DNA of 57,791 bases from Ignavibacteria bacterium (GCA_049516635.1 JBEKSX010000008.1:1-57791); one strand, 5' to 3'. Shown: positions 47,455 through 57,779, counted from the stretch's first letter. Notes: generated from the sequence alone by a model not told the origin. A program made the numbers and translations.

Positions 47455-50204
47455 TGAATGATTCCACATTACTTGGTACCGATTCGGTTAAATCAGTATC
47501 TGGTTTAAATGCATTGACCTGGTACTATTGGCGTTTAAACTCGAAATCAGCTAACGGAACAAGCCTTTGGTCGGGAACCTGGAAATTTAAGACACTGGGT
47601 TCCCCTACACAGGTAAGTCTTTTCTCTCCTCCTAACAATTCAGTAAATCAACCTGTGAATATTACTTTTAATTGGTTCAAAGCTGTTGATCAGTTCTTAA
47701 ATAAAATTAATCTCGATAAAGAGAATAGATCCCTTGGACCTCAAAACGTATCGAAGTACTGGTTTGAGCTGTCATCAGATTCGTTGTTCACCAATATTAT
47801 AGTGAGAGATTCAACTCTTACGGATACTATAAATTTTGTTAGCGGATTAAACAACCTAACAAACTACTATTGGAGGGTGAGAGCAAGGAACGAGGTCGGC
47901 TGGGGAAGTTATTCCGCCTGGTTCAAATTCACCACAATTATAAGCGCGCCTGCAGCTCCTGTGCTCGTAAGTCCGACTGATGGTTCACTCGGGCAGAATG
48001 TGTCACTTACGCTCGTATGGAACAAATTACCGACTGCAGCATCTTATAGGGTTCAGGTTGCAATGGACTCACTTTTCACAGGTTTGATTGTTAATGATTC
48101 GACATTAACGGATTCCACAAGAGCAATATCGGGACTTAATCCATTAACTTACTACTGGTGGAGAGTGAACGCAAAGAACATCGGAGGAACAAGCTCATAC
48201 TCGGTAGTGTGGAAGTTTAAAACGATAGGATTCCCCGTTCAGGTTACGCTCCTTAATCCTGCAAACAATGCGGTAAATCAACCAACGTCCATTACGTTCC
48301 TGTGGAGCAGAGCAACTGAACCAACGCAATCGTTCACGCAGCCATTAATGCCAATATCCAAAGAACCGCTTTCAAGAATATTAGTAAGCAAAAATGTTTC
48401 TGGTAAACTAAGTGATGGCGTCGATGCAGTGAGTAATTACTGGTTCGACATGGTAACGGATACGGTATCATTGGCAAACTTAGTTAGGGATACGACTCTG
48501 AACGATACTGCAAAATCATTAAGCGGATTAAGCAACCTGACGAGCTACTATTGGAGAGTAAAAGCAAAGGGTCAGATAGGCTGGGGAAATTATTCTGTCT
48601 GGTTCAAATTTACTACAATTATCAGTACACCTTCAGCACCTTTGCTCGTAAGTCCCGCTAATGGTTCGCTAGGGCAGAATTTGTCACTTACTCTGGTGTG
48701 GATTAAATTACCGAGTGCAGCATCCTATAGGGTGCAGGTTGCAACAGATTCACTGTTTGCAGGGTTGATCGTTAATGATTCGACTCTAACGGATTCCATA
48801 AAAGCAATATCCGGGCTTAATCCATTGACATACTATTGGTGGAGAGTAAATGCAAAGAACATCGGCGGAACAAGCTCTTACTCAGCCGTGTGGAAATTCA
48901 AGACGATCGGGCTTCCCGGACAGGTAACTCTGCTCAATCCCCCGAACAATGCTGCTAACCAGCCAATATCTATAAATTTCAGTTGGAGCAGGGCTGTAGA
49001 ACAAACGTCACCATTTGAAAGTATAAAAAAATCCGGTGAATACAGTGATGGTCTCGATGCCGTAAGCAATTACTGGTTCGATATGGTAACTGATACAGTA
49101 TCATTAGTAAATTTGGTAAGAGATACGACCTTAACCGATACTACAAAAACAGTAAGCGGTTTAAGCTATCTGACAAGCTATTACTGGAGAGTGAAAGCGA
49201 AAGGCAGCTTAGGCTGGGGAAATTATTCTATCTGGTTCAAATTTACCACTATAATCAGTACACCTGCAGCACCTGTGCTCGTAAGCCCTCCAAATGGTGC
49301 CGCAGGTCAACCAGTATCATTAACATTGATCTGGCATCCTTCACCTGACGCTACTTCGTATAGGGTGCAGTTATCAGCTGATTCGCTTTTCGGCAGCTTT
49401 TTCGTTAATGATTCCACTGTGACAGATACAACCAGAGCTGTTTCAGGGTTATCCTACCTCACTAAATATTACTGGAAAGTTAATGCGAAGAACATCGGCG
49501 GAACAAGCAATTTCTCAGCAATATGGAATTTCACAACCGGACCATTACCTCCGGCATTGGTTAACTTGAAAGTCATCCCTGGCGGTTTCTACAACACAGG
49601 AATCGCTCAGCTCAATATGAAAGATACCATTCGAATGATACTTGTTGATTCTGCAAATTGTACTATTGTTGATTCTGCAAGAGCACTGATCGACTCTCTT
49701 ACATTTTCAGCAATACCCACCCCAAGTTTCGCAAATGTTAATACAGGAAAATATTATATACTTATCTTCCACAGGAATCATTTACCTATAGCGAGCAGGT
49801 ATACACAGCAGGTAACCAGGGGCTCAACGGTAAGCTATGATTTCACTGCTGACTCATCTATGACATATGGATTCAACATGATAAAGGTATCAACATCACC
49901 CGTGCTGTGGGGAATGATACCTGCGGATGCGAACCAGGATGAATACATTGATGCTTTGGACCAGGTGATCTGGATAAATCAGAATGGAGAAAATGGAATC
50001 TTTTCCGCTGACTTCAACGGAGATACATATGTCGATGCTCTCGATCAGTTCATATGGATTTTATACAACGGCAATAGCGCTTATCTGCCGTGCGGATTCA
50101 TACCATCCAATCCGGTGATGCAGAAGAAGAATATTGATAGCAGTATTTACTGGATGAAAGTGATCCGGCAAAATCAGGTTAAACAAAATAATTCGAATAA
50201 ATAG
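47454..50204 (+). CDS. Fn3-like repeat protein with dockerin-like Ca-binding pair; probable continuation of 45766..47454
   Basis: 916 aa with no signal peptide. Begins mid-repeat (NDSTLLGTDSVKSVSGLNALTWYYWRLN). About three ~650-nt tandem super-repeats. DANQDEYIDALDQVIW and DFNGDTYVDALDQFIW near the C-terminus. Confidence 0.75.
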   Translation: MNDSTLLGTDSVKSVSGLNALTWYYWRLNSKSANGTSLWSGTWKFKTLGSPTQVSLFSPPNNSVNQPVNITFNWFKAVDQFLNKINLDKENRSLGPQNVSKYWFELSSDSLFTNIIVRDSTLTDTINFVSGLNNLTNYYWRVRARNEVGWGSYSAWFKFTTIISAPAAPVLVSPTDGSLGQNVSLTLVWNKLPTAASYRVQVAMDSLFTGLIVNDSTLTDSTRAISGLNPLTYYWWRVNAKNIGGTSSYSVVWKFKTIGFPVQVTLLNPANNAVNQPTSITFLWSRATEPTQSFTQPLMPISKEPLSRILVSKNVSGKLSDGVDAVSNYWFDMVTDTVSLANLVRDTTLNDTAKSLSGLSNLTSYYWRVKAKGQIGWGNYSVWFKFTTIISTPSAPLLVSPANGSLGQNLSLTLVWIKLPSAASYRVQVATDSLFAGLIVNDSTLTDSIKAISGLNPLTYYWWRVNAKNIGGTSSYSAVWKFKTIGLPGQVTLLNPPNNAANQPISINFSWSRAVEQTSPFESIKKSGEYSDGLDAVSNYWFDMVTDTVSLVNLVRDTTLTDTTKTVSGLSYLTSYYWRVKAKGSLGWGNYSIWFKFTTIISTPAAPVLVSPPNGAAGQPVSLTLIWHPSPDATSYRVQLSADSLFGSFFVNDSTVTDTTRAVSGLSYLTKYYWKVNAKNIGGTSNFSAIWNFTTGPLPPALVNLKVIPGGFYNTGIAQLNMKDTIRMILVDSANCTIVDSARALIDSLTFSAIPTPSFANVNTGKYYILIFHRNHLPIASRYTQQVTRGSTVSYDFTADSSMTYGFNMIKVSTSPVLWGMIPADANQDEYIDALDQVIWINQNGENGIFSADFNGDTYVDALDQFIWILYNGNSAYLPCGFIPSNPVMQKKNIDSSIYWMKVIRQNQVKQNNSNK

Positions 50205-50216
50205 AATAAAAAAATA

Positions 50217-50246
50217 GGGTACTTCCCAGGAATGCGGGAAGTACCC
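50217..50246. terminator. 11-bp perfect hairpin just after the stop codon at 50204
   Basis: GGGTACTTCCC-8 nt-GGGAAGTACCC, with an A-run upstream. Confidence 0.4.
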
Positions 50247-50259
50247 CAACAATTATTAA

Positions 50260-50497
50260 TCACAACCTCCCAATCCTTTCAACCCGACAATCACGATCAA
50301 GTATGATATACCGAAGCCACGTCATGTTAATATAACATTATTTAATCTACTCGGCAGAGGTACTCATGAACGAACGAAAAGAGCGAGGCAATTATGGCAT
50401 AATGTGAACTGCCACAAATTATGCAAGCGGGGCTTATTTCTATAAGCTTGAAACGGAGAGTTACACCGATATCAAGAAAATAATATTATTGAAATAA
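50260..50497 (+). pseudogene. frameshifted remnant of a T9SS C-terminal sorting domain
   Basis: Reads PNPFNPTITIKYDIPKPRHVNITLFNLLGR in one frame, NERKERGNYGIM in a second, and ASGAYFYKLETESYTDIKKIILLK* (50423..50497) in a third. Confidence 0.75.
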
Positions 50498-50718
50498 CAT
50501 AATAGATTTTCCAAAGAACTTAGCAATGTATTCAATTTGGATTTTTGTTGAATCTAGATTATAAGAAGCTATTACCTAAATGTTAGCTCAGGAGAGGTTG
50601 AAGTCTAAGCAACCGATAACACAGTTATTTGTAAGAGTGGAGGTATAAAATTTAACCCTCTGCTTTTTGAGCAGATGAAATGTTTGAAATGAAGTAAAAT
50701 AATATGTATTGACTCTAA

Positions 50719-51015
50719 TTATACAATTCTTGTTTTGTAAAACTTAAGTTGCTTCTTTAATCGCCATATCCACAAAATCAATCCAACAGTCAAAATTGGC
50801 CATAGAAAACAGAAAATTAGAACATTAATCTGTTCGTATGTCATATTGAAAGTTTCAGCAAGGGAATGTAGTATTTGAACGCAAAGAGCAAACATTAACT
50901 CCGGGTTTCTGATACATCTTAGCAATAGAAGAGGATCAACGCAGAATGTAAAGAATAATACGAAAATTAGAATGATGCCTAATAGGACCATAGTTTGGGA
51001 TTTCTTTATTTTCAT
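50719..51015 (-). CDS. small integral membrane protein
   Basis: 98 aa with three hydrophobic segments, 55 nt downstream of the OmpA-vWA gene on the same strand. Confidence 0.45.
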   Translation of the reverse strand: MKIKKSQTMVLLGIILIFVLFFTFCVDPLLLLRCIRNPELMFALCVQILHSLAETFNMTYEQINVLIFCFLWPILTVGLILWIWRLKKQLKFYKTRIV

Positions 51016-51070
51016 TTTTTATAAACTTGAGAATTTAAGGTTCAAATTATTTATCTTATCAATTCCAACT

Positions 51071-52507
51071 TCACTCCATCACATAATCCTTATAAATCGT
51101 TCTAATTCTTCCTTTGACGTTAACCCGAACTACAGCAGTCACGTTTGTGCCTTTCGGAGGGAGATTCTCACCGGTCCATAGGATGCTTACCTGGTAACTT
51201 TTCATGATTTGTTTTAGAATTGTAGAATATATTATCGGTAAATCTGATGGTTTATTTGCCCACCAATAAAAACCACCCGTTCTTGCAGCAATTTCAAATA
51301 GATCCGCTTCCCCTACTCCGTTGAAACCGAAGGGTATTGAATGCTTGTATTCTTCCAGTAATCCAACCGTATAGACTTTAATGCCCCTGGATTCACTTAT
51401 CCGGTAAATAGAATCTTTATTAATATTGCCAGATGAATTTTCTTCACCATCGGATAAGGCAATGACGGTTTTCATAATTGTTGGATTACAATTGTAAATT
51501 GTATCACTCAGAGCTGTATAAACGACCCTGAAAAGAGCTGTTCCTGTTCTTGGATAACATTTCTCTGTTATAGCTTTGCTTAATAGTTCTTTAGTTCTTG
51601 TATATGGACGAACAAGATCTATAGCTTTGCCAAATTTAATTATTCTTGCAAGATGCTTACTGTCCATATCGGTGATAAATGTTTGAACAGCCTTTTCCAT
51701 TGATAAAATCTTTTGCGTTTTCGGGGCATCCAAACTGAAATTATCATCATACATGCTGGGACTGTAATCCATTACAAATGTGAAAGCAATTTTCTTCTTT
51801 TCATCTATTGAAATGAATCTCACTGTACCCTGCGCTGAATCTTTTTTGTTCTCTGAATCCCATTTTAAAGTAGCCTGAACATCTTCTTCTTTTATACCTT
51901 CCTCAGGTTCGCCAGTTGTATCACGCACAGAGAGGTCACCTTGCAACTCATTCTTTGAAACCTGTTTCAATGTGGAATTTAGATAAGTTACATCTTTCTC
52001 TTCCGGTTTAGTTTTTTGATTAATGAATGAGAACTCCACTCTTCTGTTAAAAGCTCGATCATAATCCGTCAGATTTTCATTCAGAGGTTCGCTCTTCCCT
52101 TTTCCTTCCACAAGAATGTTTTCCGGATTGCATCCATTCGACACTAGGTACTCTTTCACAGAAAATGCACGTTTAACCGATAGGTCTATATTAAAGTCTT
52201 CGCTTCCGATATTATCTGTATGACCGGTAAGCAGAACTTTTAAATCTGGACTTGACTTCATTTCATCCGCAAGTTTATCCAGGATATAAAAACACTCAAT
52301 CTTAAGTTCAGAGCTTGCAAAATCAAAATAGATCATTTGATTGGTATTCAACGAATCCAATAAAGTACAAGGCGAAACTTCTGAGCTAGTGAGCGAAGAG
52401 AATAGAATGGCAGTAACTAGAATAAGAATGAACAAGATTATACTATGCAAACTATTTAATTCAGCTCGATTAGTTTGCGATTTTTGTTGAATTTTTCTAA
52501 AAAACAT
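51071..52507 (-). CDS. membrane-anchored OmpA-like (peptidoglycan-binding) + von Willebrand factor A domain protein
   Basis: 478 aa with an N-terminal TM helix. OmpA_C-like FDFASSELK...LTGHTDNIGSEDFNIDLSVKRA...NRRVEF. vWA MIDAS FVMDYSPSM and ALSDGEENSSG. Confidence 0.75.
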   Translation of the reverse strand: MFFRKIQQKSQTNRAELNSLHSIILFILILVTAILFSSLTSSEVSPCTLLDSLNTNQMIYFDFASSELKIECFYILDKLADEMKSSPDLKVLLTGHTDNIGSEDFNIDLSVKRAFSVKEYLVSNGCNPENILVEGKGKSEPLNENLTDYDRAFNRRVEFSFINQKTKPEEKDVTYLNSTLKQVSKNELQGDLSVRDTTGEPEEGIKEEDVQATLKWDSENKKDSAQGTVRFISIDEKKKIAFTFVMDYSPSMYDDNFSLDAPKTQKILSMEKAVQTFITDMDSKHLARIIKFGKAIDLVRPYTRTKELLSKAITEKCYPRTGTALFRVVYTALSDTIYNCNPTIMKTVIALSDGEENSSGNINKDSIYRISESRGIKVYTVGLLEEYKHSIPFGFNGVGEADLFEIAARTGGFYWWANKPSDLPIIYSTILKQIMKSYQVSILWTGENLPPKGTNVTAVVRVNVKGRIRTIYKDYVME

Positions 52508-52760
52508 ACTGATTCCCTCCTATTTAAAGCATTTCTAAGTTAAAGGTAAAAGGTTTCAGATGAGTATCATAACGTGATACTAATTAATAAAAATATAAAA
52601 TAAATCAATAATACATTTCCATCAACTAAAATTGTATTAGTCCTAATATGATTAATCCTGACTATAAGATTAAGTTAAAATTTAACTTGATTGTTTTTCA
52701 TATTCTTAATTCCTATAAAATATAGTAAATAAATCAAATATTGCATATCCTTGCTTGATA

Positions 52761-53810
52761 CTAATATTCTATTTTCACCTTATTTACTGCTTCTCTCAAA
52801 TCTTCTGTTTCGATGTGAACGTACCCCATAGTTGTATTTAAGTTACTGTGACCGGCCAGCTGTTTTGCATAGTTGATGTTTACCCCGTTTCTGATGAGGT
52901 TTGTGATGAACGTGTGCCTCAAACAGTGAAAATGATACTTTTCAGGTAACCCCGCTAGCCTAAGGTAATTCTTGAATTTCTTTGAAACATAGTTCCCATT
53001 AAGTTTGATACCCTTAACACTGACAAATAGGTATCTCTCGGGTTCTGATAGCTCTATTACGTTTCCTGAGCGGTTTAGAATTGATTTTAAAAGCTCGTTC
53101 AGATGATCTGAGATTGGTATGAACCTTATTCTTCCGGTCTTGATTTTGAAATCAGGTTTATTTCTAATGGTAAGGATCATTTCCTGGAAATCAACATCTT
53201 TGAATTGGATATTCATTATCTCATTCAATCTGCAGCCGGTCAGAAGAGCGAAAATTATCAGCTTTTTGAAACGGTTATCTTCAATTAAATCCAATACCCT
53301 CTTCAATTCATCATCACCAAAACTTAATTTCTCTTTCTGCGGTATTGAAAATTGTTTAATGTACTGCATAGGATTGGATTCTAGATATCTCATTCTTACA
53401 GCATAATTGAAAACTGCTTTCAGGGTCCTGATCTCGATATTTACCGAGGTCTTACTAACCTCTCTGACTCTGACATTCTTATAATTCTCAAAGTCTTTGG
53501 GATTGTACAAATGAATCTCACGATTCCCCTGAATCCTCAACAGATTATTAACCGCGTTTCCGTAAATTATCAGTGTTTTGGAGGTGAAATTTGATTCAGC
53601 AAACTCGCAAATCTCTTTAGCAAGATTAGTAAGAAACCATCTGGTTTGCTTAATTCTGTCTACACTCGATCTGTTTCGAGCGAAATTCCAAAGGAACCTT
53701 TCGGCTTCCTTTTTAGTCCTTTTTCCTGTTGAGATTTTTGTTCTTTTACCCGTGGAGGGGTTGACGAAATACAGGTCATAGAGACCTTTATACCCTTTTG
53801 AGATGAACAT
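52761..53810 (-). CDS. tyrosine recombinase / phage-type integrase
   Basis: 349 aa. LLTGCRLNEI (Arg), HCLRHTFITNLIRNG (H-x-x-R), LAGHSNLNTTMGYVH (His/Tyr). 104 nt from the tRNA-Lys 3' end. Confidence 0.9.
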   Translation of the reverse strand: MFISKGYKGLYDLYFVNPSTGKRTKISTGKRTKKEAERFLWNFARNRSSVDRIKQTRWFLTNLAKEICEFAESNFTSKTLIIYGNAVNNLLRIQGNREIHLYNPKDFENYKNVRVREVSKTSVNIEIRTLKAVFNYAVRMRYLESNPMQYIKQFSIPQKEKLSFGDDELKRVLDLIEDNRFKKLIIFALLTGCRLNEIMNIQFKDVDFQEMILTIRNKPDFKIKTGRIRFIPISDHLNELLKSILNRSGNVIELSEPERYLFVSVKGIKLNGNYVSKKFKNYLRLAGLPEKYHFHCLRHTFITNLIRNGVNINYAKQLAGHSNLNTTMGYVHIETEDLREAVNKVKIEY

Positions 53811-53842
53811 TAGATTTTCCTTTCTAATGCCGTTACCTATGA

Positions 53843-53879
53843 TTTAGTGAGGGTACTAGTCACTAAATAAGTCACTAAA
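53843..53879 (+). promoter_or_regulatory. TAGTCACTAAA repeats (candidate integrase arm-type sites, int-proximal arm)
   Basis: TTTAGTGA (inverted, 53843-53850), TAGTCACTAAA (53857-53867), AAGTCACTAAA (53869-53879). Confidence 0.55.
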
Positions 53880-53914
53880 GCCTTATGGGAGGGTCAAAAA
53901 ACCGCAAAAATGAG

Positions 53915-53986
53915 TGAGGCTGGCAGGTCTCGAACCTGCGACCCTCTGCTTAAAAGGCAGATGCTCTACCACTGAGCTACAGCCCC
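53915..53986 (-). tRNA. tRNA-Lys (anticodon UUU)
   Basis: Manual fold. Acceptor is GGGGCTG/CAGCCTC (one G-U). D arm is GCTC-AGTGGTA-GAGC. Anticodon arm is TCTGC-CTTTTAA-GCAGA. Variable loop is GGGTC. T arm is GCAGG-TTCGAGA-CCTGC. Discriminator is A. CCA is not encoded. Confidence 0.9.
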
Positions 53987-54062
53987 GATACATTTAAAAA
54001 TTAAAAATAAAAATTTTAAAATTTAAGTCTAAATAAATTAGAACTTTTTCATCAGCCATTAT

Positions 54063-54476
54063 TTACTGACCGGTATATCCCGCAACATTCAACCTGTTCA
54101 CAGCTCTGCTGTAATCAGCTCTGGCACTTTCAAGTGCAGTGCCGTGCTCGGTTTCCATGAGCCTGTGAGCTTCATCTCTTGCTCTTATTGCGCGCTCGAT
54201 ATCGATGTCTTCCTTCGCTTCAAGAGTTTCAGCCAGCATGGAGATACTATTCTTCAGTACTTCAACCACTCCCCCGCTCACGGCAAATATTTTTTCCGAA
54301 CCGTCCTTCGTGACAAACTTAACTTTTCCCGGCTGCAACGTCGATACGAACGGAGCGTGATCCGGAAGAACCTGAAAACTCCCCTCCATCCCGGGTGCAG
54401 TGAAGCTTTTTACGTCATCACTAAACTGCGTCTTAGAAGGTGTCACTATTTCCAAATGGATCAACTTATCCGGCAT
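54063..54476 (-). CDS. atpC: F0F1 ATP synthase subunit epsilon
   Basis: 137 aa, directly downstream of atpD. Typical N-terminal beta-sandwich sequence (LEIVTPSK...PGMEGSFQVLPDHAPFVSTLQPG). Confidence 0.9.
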   Translation of the reverse strand: MPDKLIHLEIVTPSKTQFSDDVKSFTAPGMEGSFQVLPDHAPFVSTLQPGKVKFVTKDGSEKIFAVSGGVVEVLKNSISMLAETLEAKEDIDIERAIRARDEAHRLMETEHGTALESARADYSRAVNRLNVAGYTGQ

Positions 54477-54491
54477 TGTTTAAATCGAATT

Positions 54492-55910
<1,419 letters not shown>

Positions 55911-56087
55911 TTATACCCTATCGAAAATTTTAAACTAAAGAATAACAAATATAAAAATTTTATGGCAAAATTGAAAGGTAAAGTTCAATTTTGCGGTTGT
56001 TCTGGATAAATCCAAATTAATTGATATAAGAGATTTTAAAGATAAAAAAAACAAGCTATAAAGCACTTTACATTAATTTTTGCTTCT

Positions 56088-56136
56088 AACCCCCTTGTGT
56101 CCCCCCTTTAATCAAAGGGGGGACACAAGGGGGGTT
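56088..56136. repeat. long (~21-bp stem) GC-rich perfect hairpin
   Basis: AACCCCCTTGTGTCCCCCCTTT-AATC-AAAGGGGGGACACAAGGGGGGTT, downstream of 56212..57372 (minus strand). Confidence 0.7.
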
Positions 56137-56211
56137 TTAGGTTAAGTTTATTAAATTTATAAAATAGTTGACTTAATTAAAAATATTTCAAGATCCAATT
56201 CATTTTCGAAA

Positions 56212-57372
56212 TCATTCTTCAATATCAACTGCCTTTCCATCGATATATTTATAAAATTTTGATGAATGTTTTACGGTATCATATTCCAAAGTTGCCATCA
56301 AATTGAGCGAAGATGCATTCTTTGATATCCAGTCTTTATTATGCTTTGACTGTAAAGCCGTATTCCTTTGGGCCGAACTTTTATCCGAGTAATAATTAAA
56401 ATATATTACTTTATCCTTTGAAACGTTCTTATCGATCATTTCCTTATTTATTTTTGACAATGCATCATCTGAACTTAAAGATGTATATACTGAAACATAG
56501 GCAAATCCATTCTGGGATATCGTGTTTTCGATGGTATAATTATTTTTTTTACCGGATAGTTCATTTATCAAATTGCTTATATGTTTATCTTTGTTCGTAT
56601 AATTTTTCACAACCATGTAGCCTCCAACAATCAGTACTATCAAAAATATAAATTTCAAAAAGCCGAATGAACTTTTTTTTGCTGCGATACCGCTTCCCTG
56701 CACTGTTGAGACAGGTGATTGCATATTGAAATCCTTTGTATCGATAAACGAGCCCGTCTTTTTTATCTGTTTATCGAGATCTGAAATATTATCCGAGATA
56801 TCTTTGTTCTCAGGCATAAGCTCATAAGCTTTCTGGAGAGCTTTCATGGATTCCCCTGCAAGGCGTTTGGCATTAGCGAGCATATTGCCGAACTCAACTG
56901 AGAATCCGCCTGTTTTCAGCGGGTTAAGAACGATATTGCGTCCGTTCTTAATATTGTTCAGCACAGCCATAACAATTCTATTTATCTCAACCGCCTCTTT
57001 CTTTTTCATATTGTCCTGTTCATCTTGTGGTGTGTATTTGACTGCATTATCCATCAGCACAAGCATTTCATCGAACCTGATATCGCTGAGTCCCGATAGA
57101 CTTCCTGCACACAACGCTTTGCCGAACCAAGCATCGGCATCTCCTCCGTTCAGCTCAAGTACCTTGTTGTAATAATCGTACGCTTCCTGAAAACTTCCGC
57201 CCTGCAAAGCTGAGTTTGCCAGTGAGCGGAAATTATCGATGTTGTTTCCGGTACCGATCAGATCTTTAACTCTAACATTAGCACCGCAGTAATCACACGT
57301 TATGACGTCCTTCCCTTCGGGGATTTTGAGCTCTGCTCCGCACTCGGGACATTTGGCTGTTGTTAATTCCAT
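56212..57372 (-). CDS. zinc-ribbon + TPR-like + single-TM protein of unknown function
   Basis: 386 aa. N-terminal CPECG...CDYCG zinc ribbon. Helical repeat region. TM helix FGFLKFIFLIVLIVGGYMVV. Confidence 0.6.
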   Translation of the reverse strand: MELTTAKCPECGAELKIPEGKDVITCDYCGANVRVKDLIGTGNNIDNFRSLANSALQGGSFQEAYDYYNKVLELNGGDADAWFGKALCAGSLSGLSDIRFDEMLVLMDNAVKYTPQDEQDNMKKKEAVEINRIVMAVLNNIKNGRNIVLNPLKTGGFSVEFGNMLANAKRLAGESMKALQKAYELMPENKDISDNISDLDKQIKKTGSFIDTKDFNMQSPVSTVQGSGIAAKKSSFGFLKFIFLIVLIVGGYMVVKNYTNKDKHISNLINELSGKKNNYTIENTISQNGFAYVSVYTSLSSDDALSKINKEMIDKNVSKDKVIYFNYYSDKSSAQRNTALQSKHNKDWISKNASSLNLMATLEYDTVKHSSKFYKYIDGKAVDIEE

Positions 57373-57433
57373 GTTCCTAATTATCTAATTTTGATACTTT
57401 TAACAAATCATCGTAAAATAAAATTGCATTAAC

Positions 57434-57540
57434 CAAAACCCCCCTTAATCCCCTCTCCGCCTATGGCGGATCTTCGACTTTAATTAAAGTGGGACATCCG
57501 CTTCAAGCGGAGAGGGGAGGAGCAAAGCGGAAGGGGGTTT
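57434..57540. repeat. ~107-nt nested/alternative-pairing GC-rich palindromic element
   Basis: The outer stem AAAACCCCCCTT/AAGGGGGTTTT encloses two TCCGC...GCGGA hairpins (57455-57469, 57496-57510). The alternative pairing is CCCCTCTCCGC (57449-57459) with GCGGAGAGGGG (57506-57516). Confidence 0.6.
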
Positions 57541-57581
57541 TAAAACTTTTTCAAACGATTTAATGATTTCTTTAAGCATAT

Positions 57582-57779
57582 TCAAAACTTAAAATCTACC
57601 ATTTTGACATACCACATGACGTTCCTGGAAATTTTCAGAACGAAACGTTTGTTCGGTTCTCTTTTCTTCCACCTCTTATAAGAGTACAAATATTTCGTAT
57701 CCGGTATTTTATAGATATCGGGGTCCTTCTCATCGATGCGATCTTCCAATTTGTTAATTCGTTTGAGATACATTTTCAT
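57582..57779 (-). CDS. hypothetical small basic protein
   Basis: 65-aa ORF with an ATG start, near the window edge. No family recognised. Confidence 0.35.
   Translation of the reverse strand: MKMYLKRINKLEDRIDEKDPDIYKIPDTKYLYSYKRWKKREPNKRFVLKISRNVMWYVKMVDFKF

Larger units (their letters stand above)
20983..53958. mobile_element. candidate ~33-kb integrated genomic island in tRNA-Lys(UUU), mosaic cargo
   Basis: tRNA-Lys plus adjacent tyrosine integrase, a 45-bp direct repeat at the far end, and tandem TAGTCACTAAA repeats just inside both ends. Confidence 0.6.
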
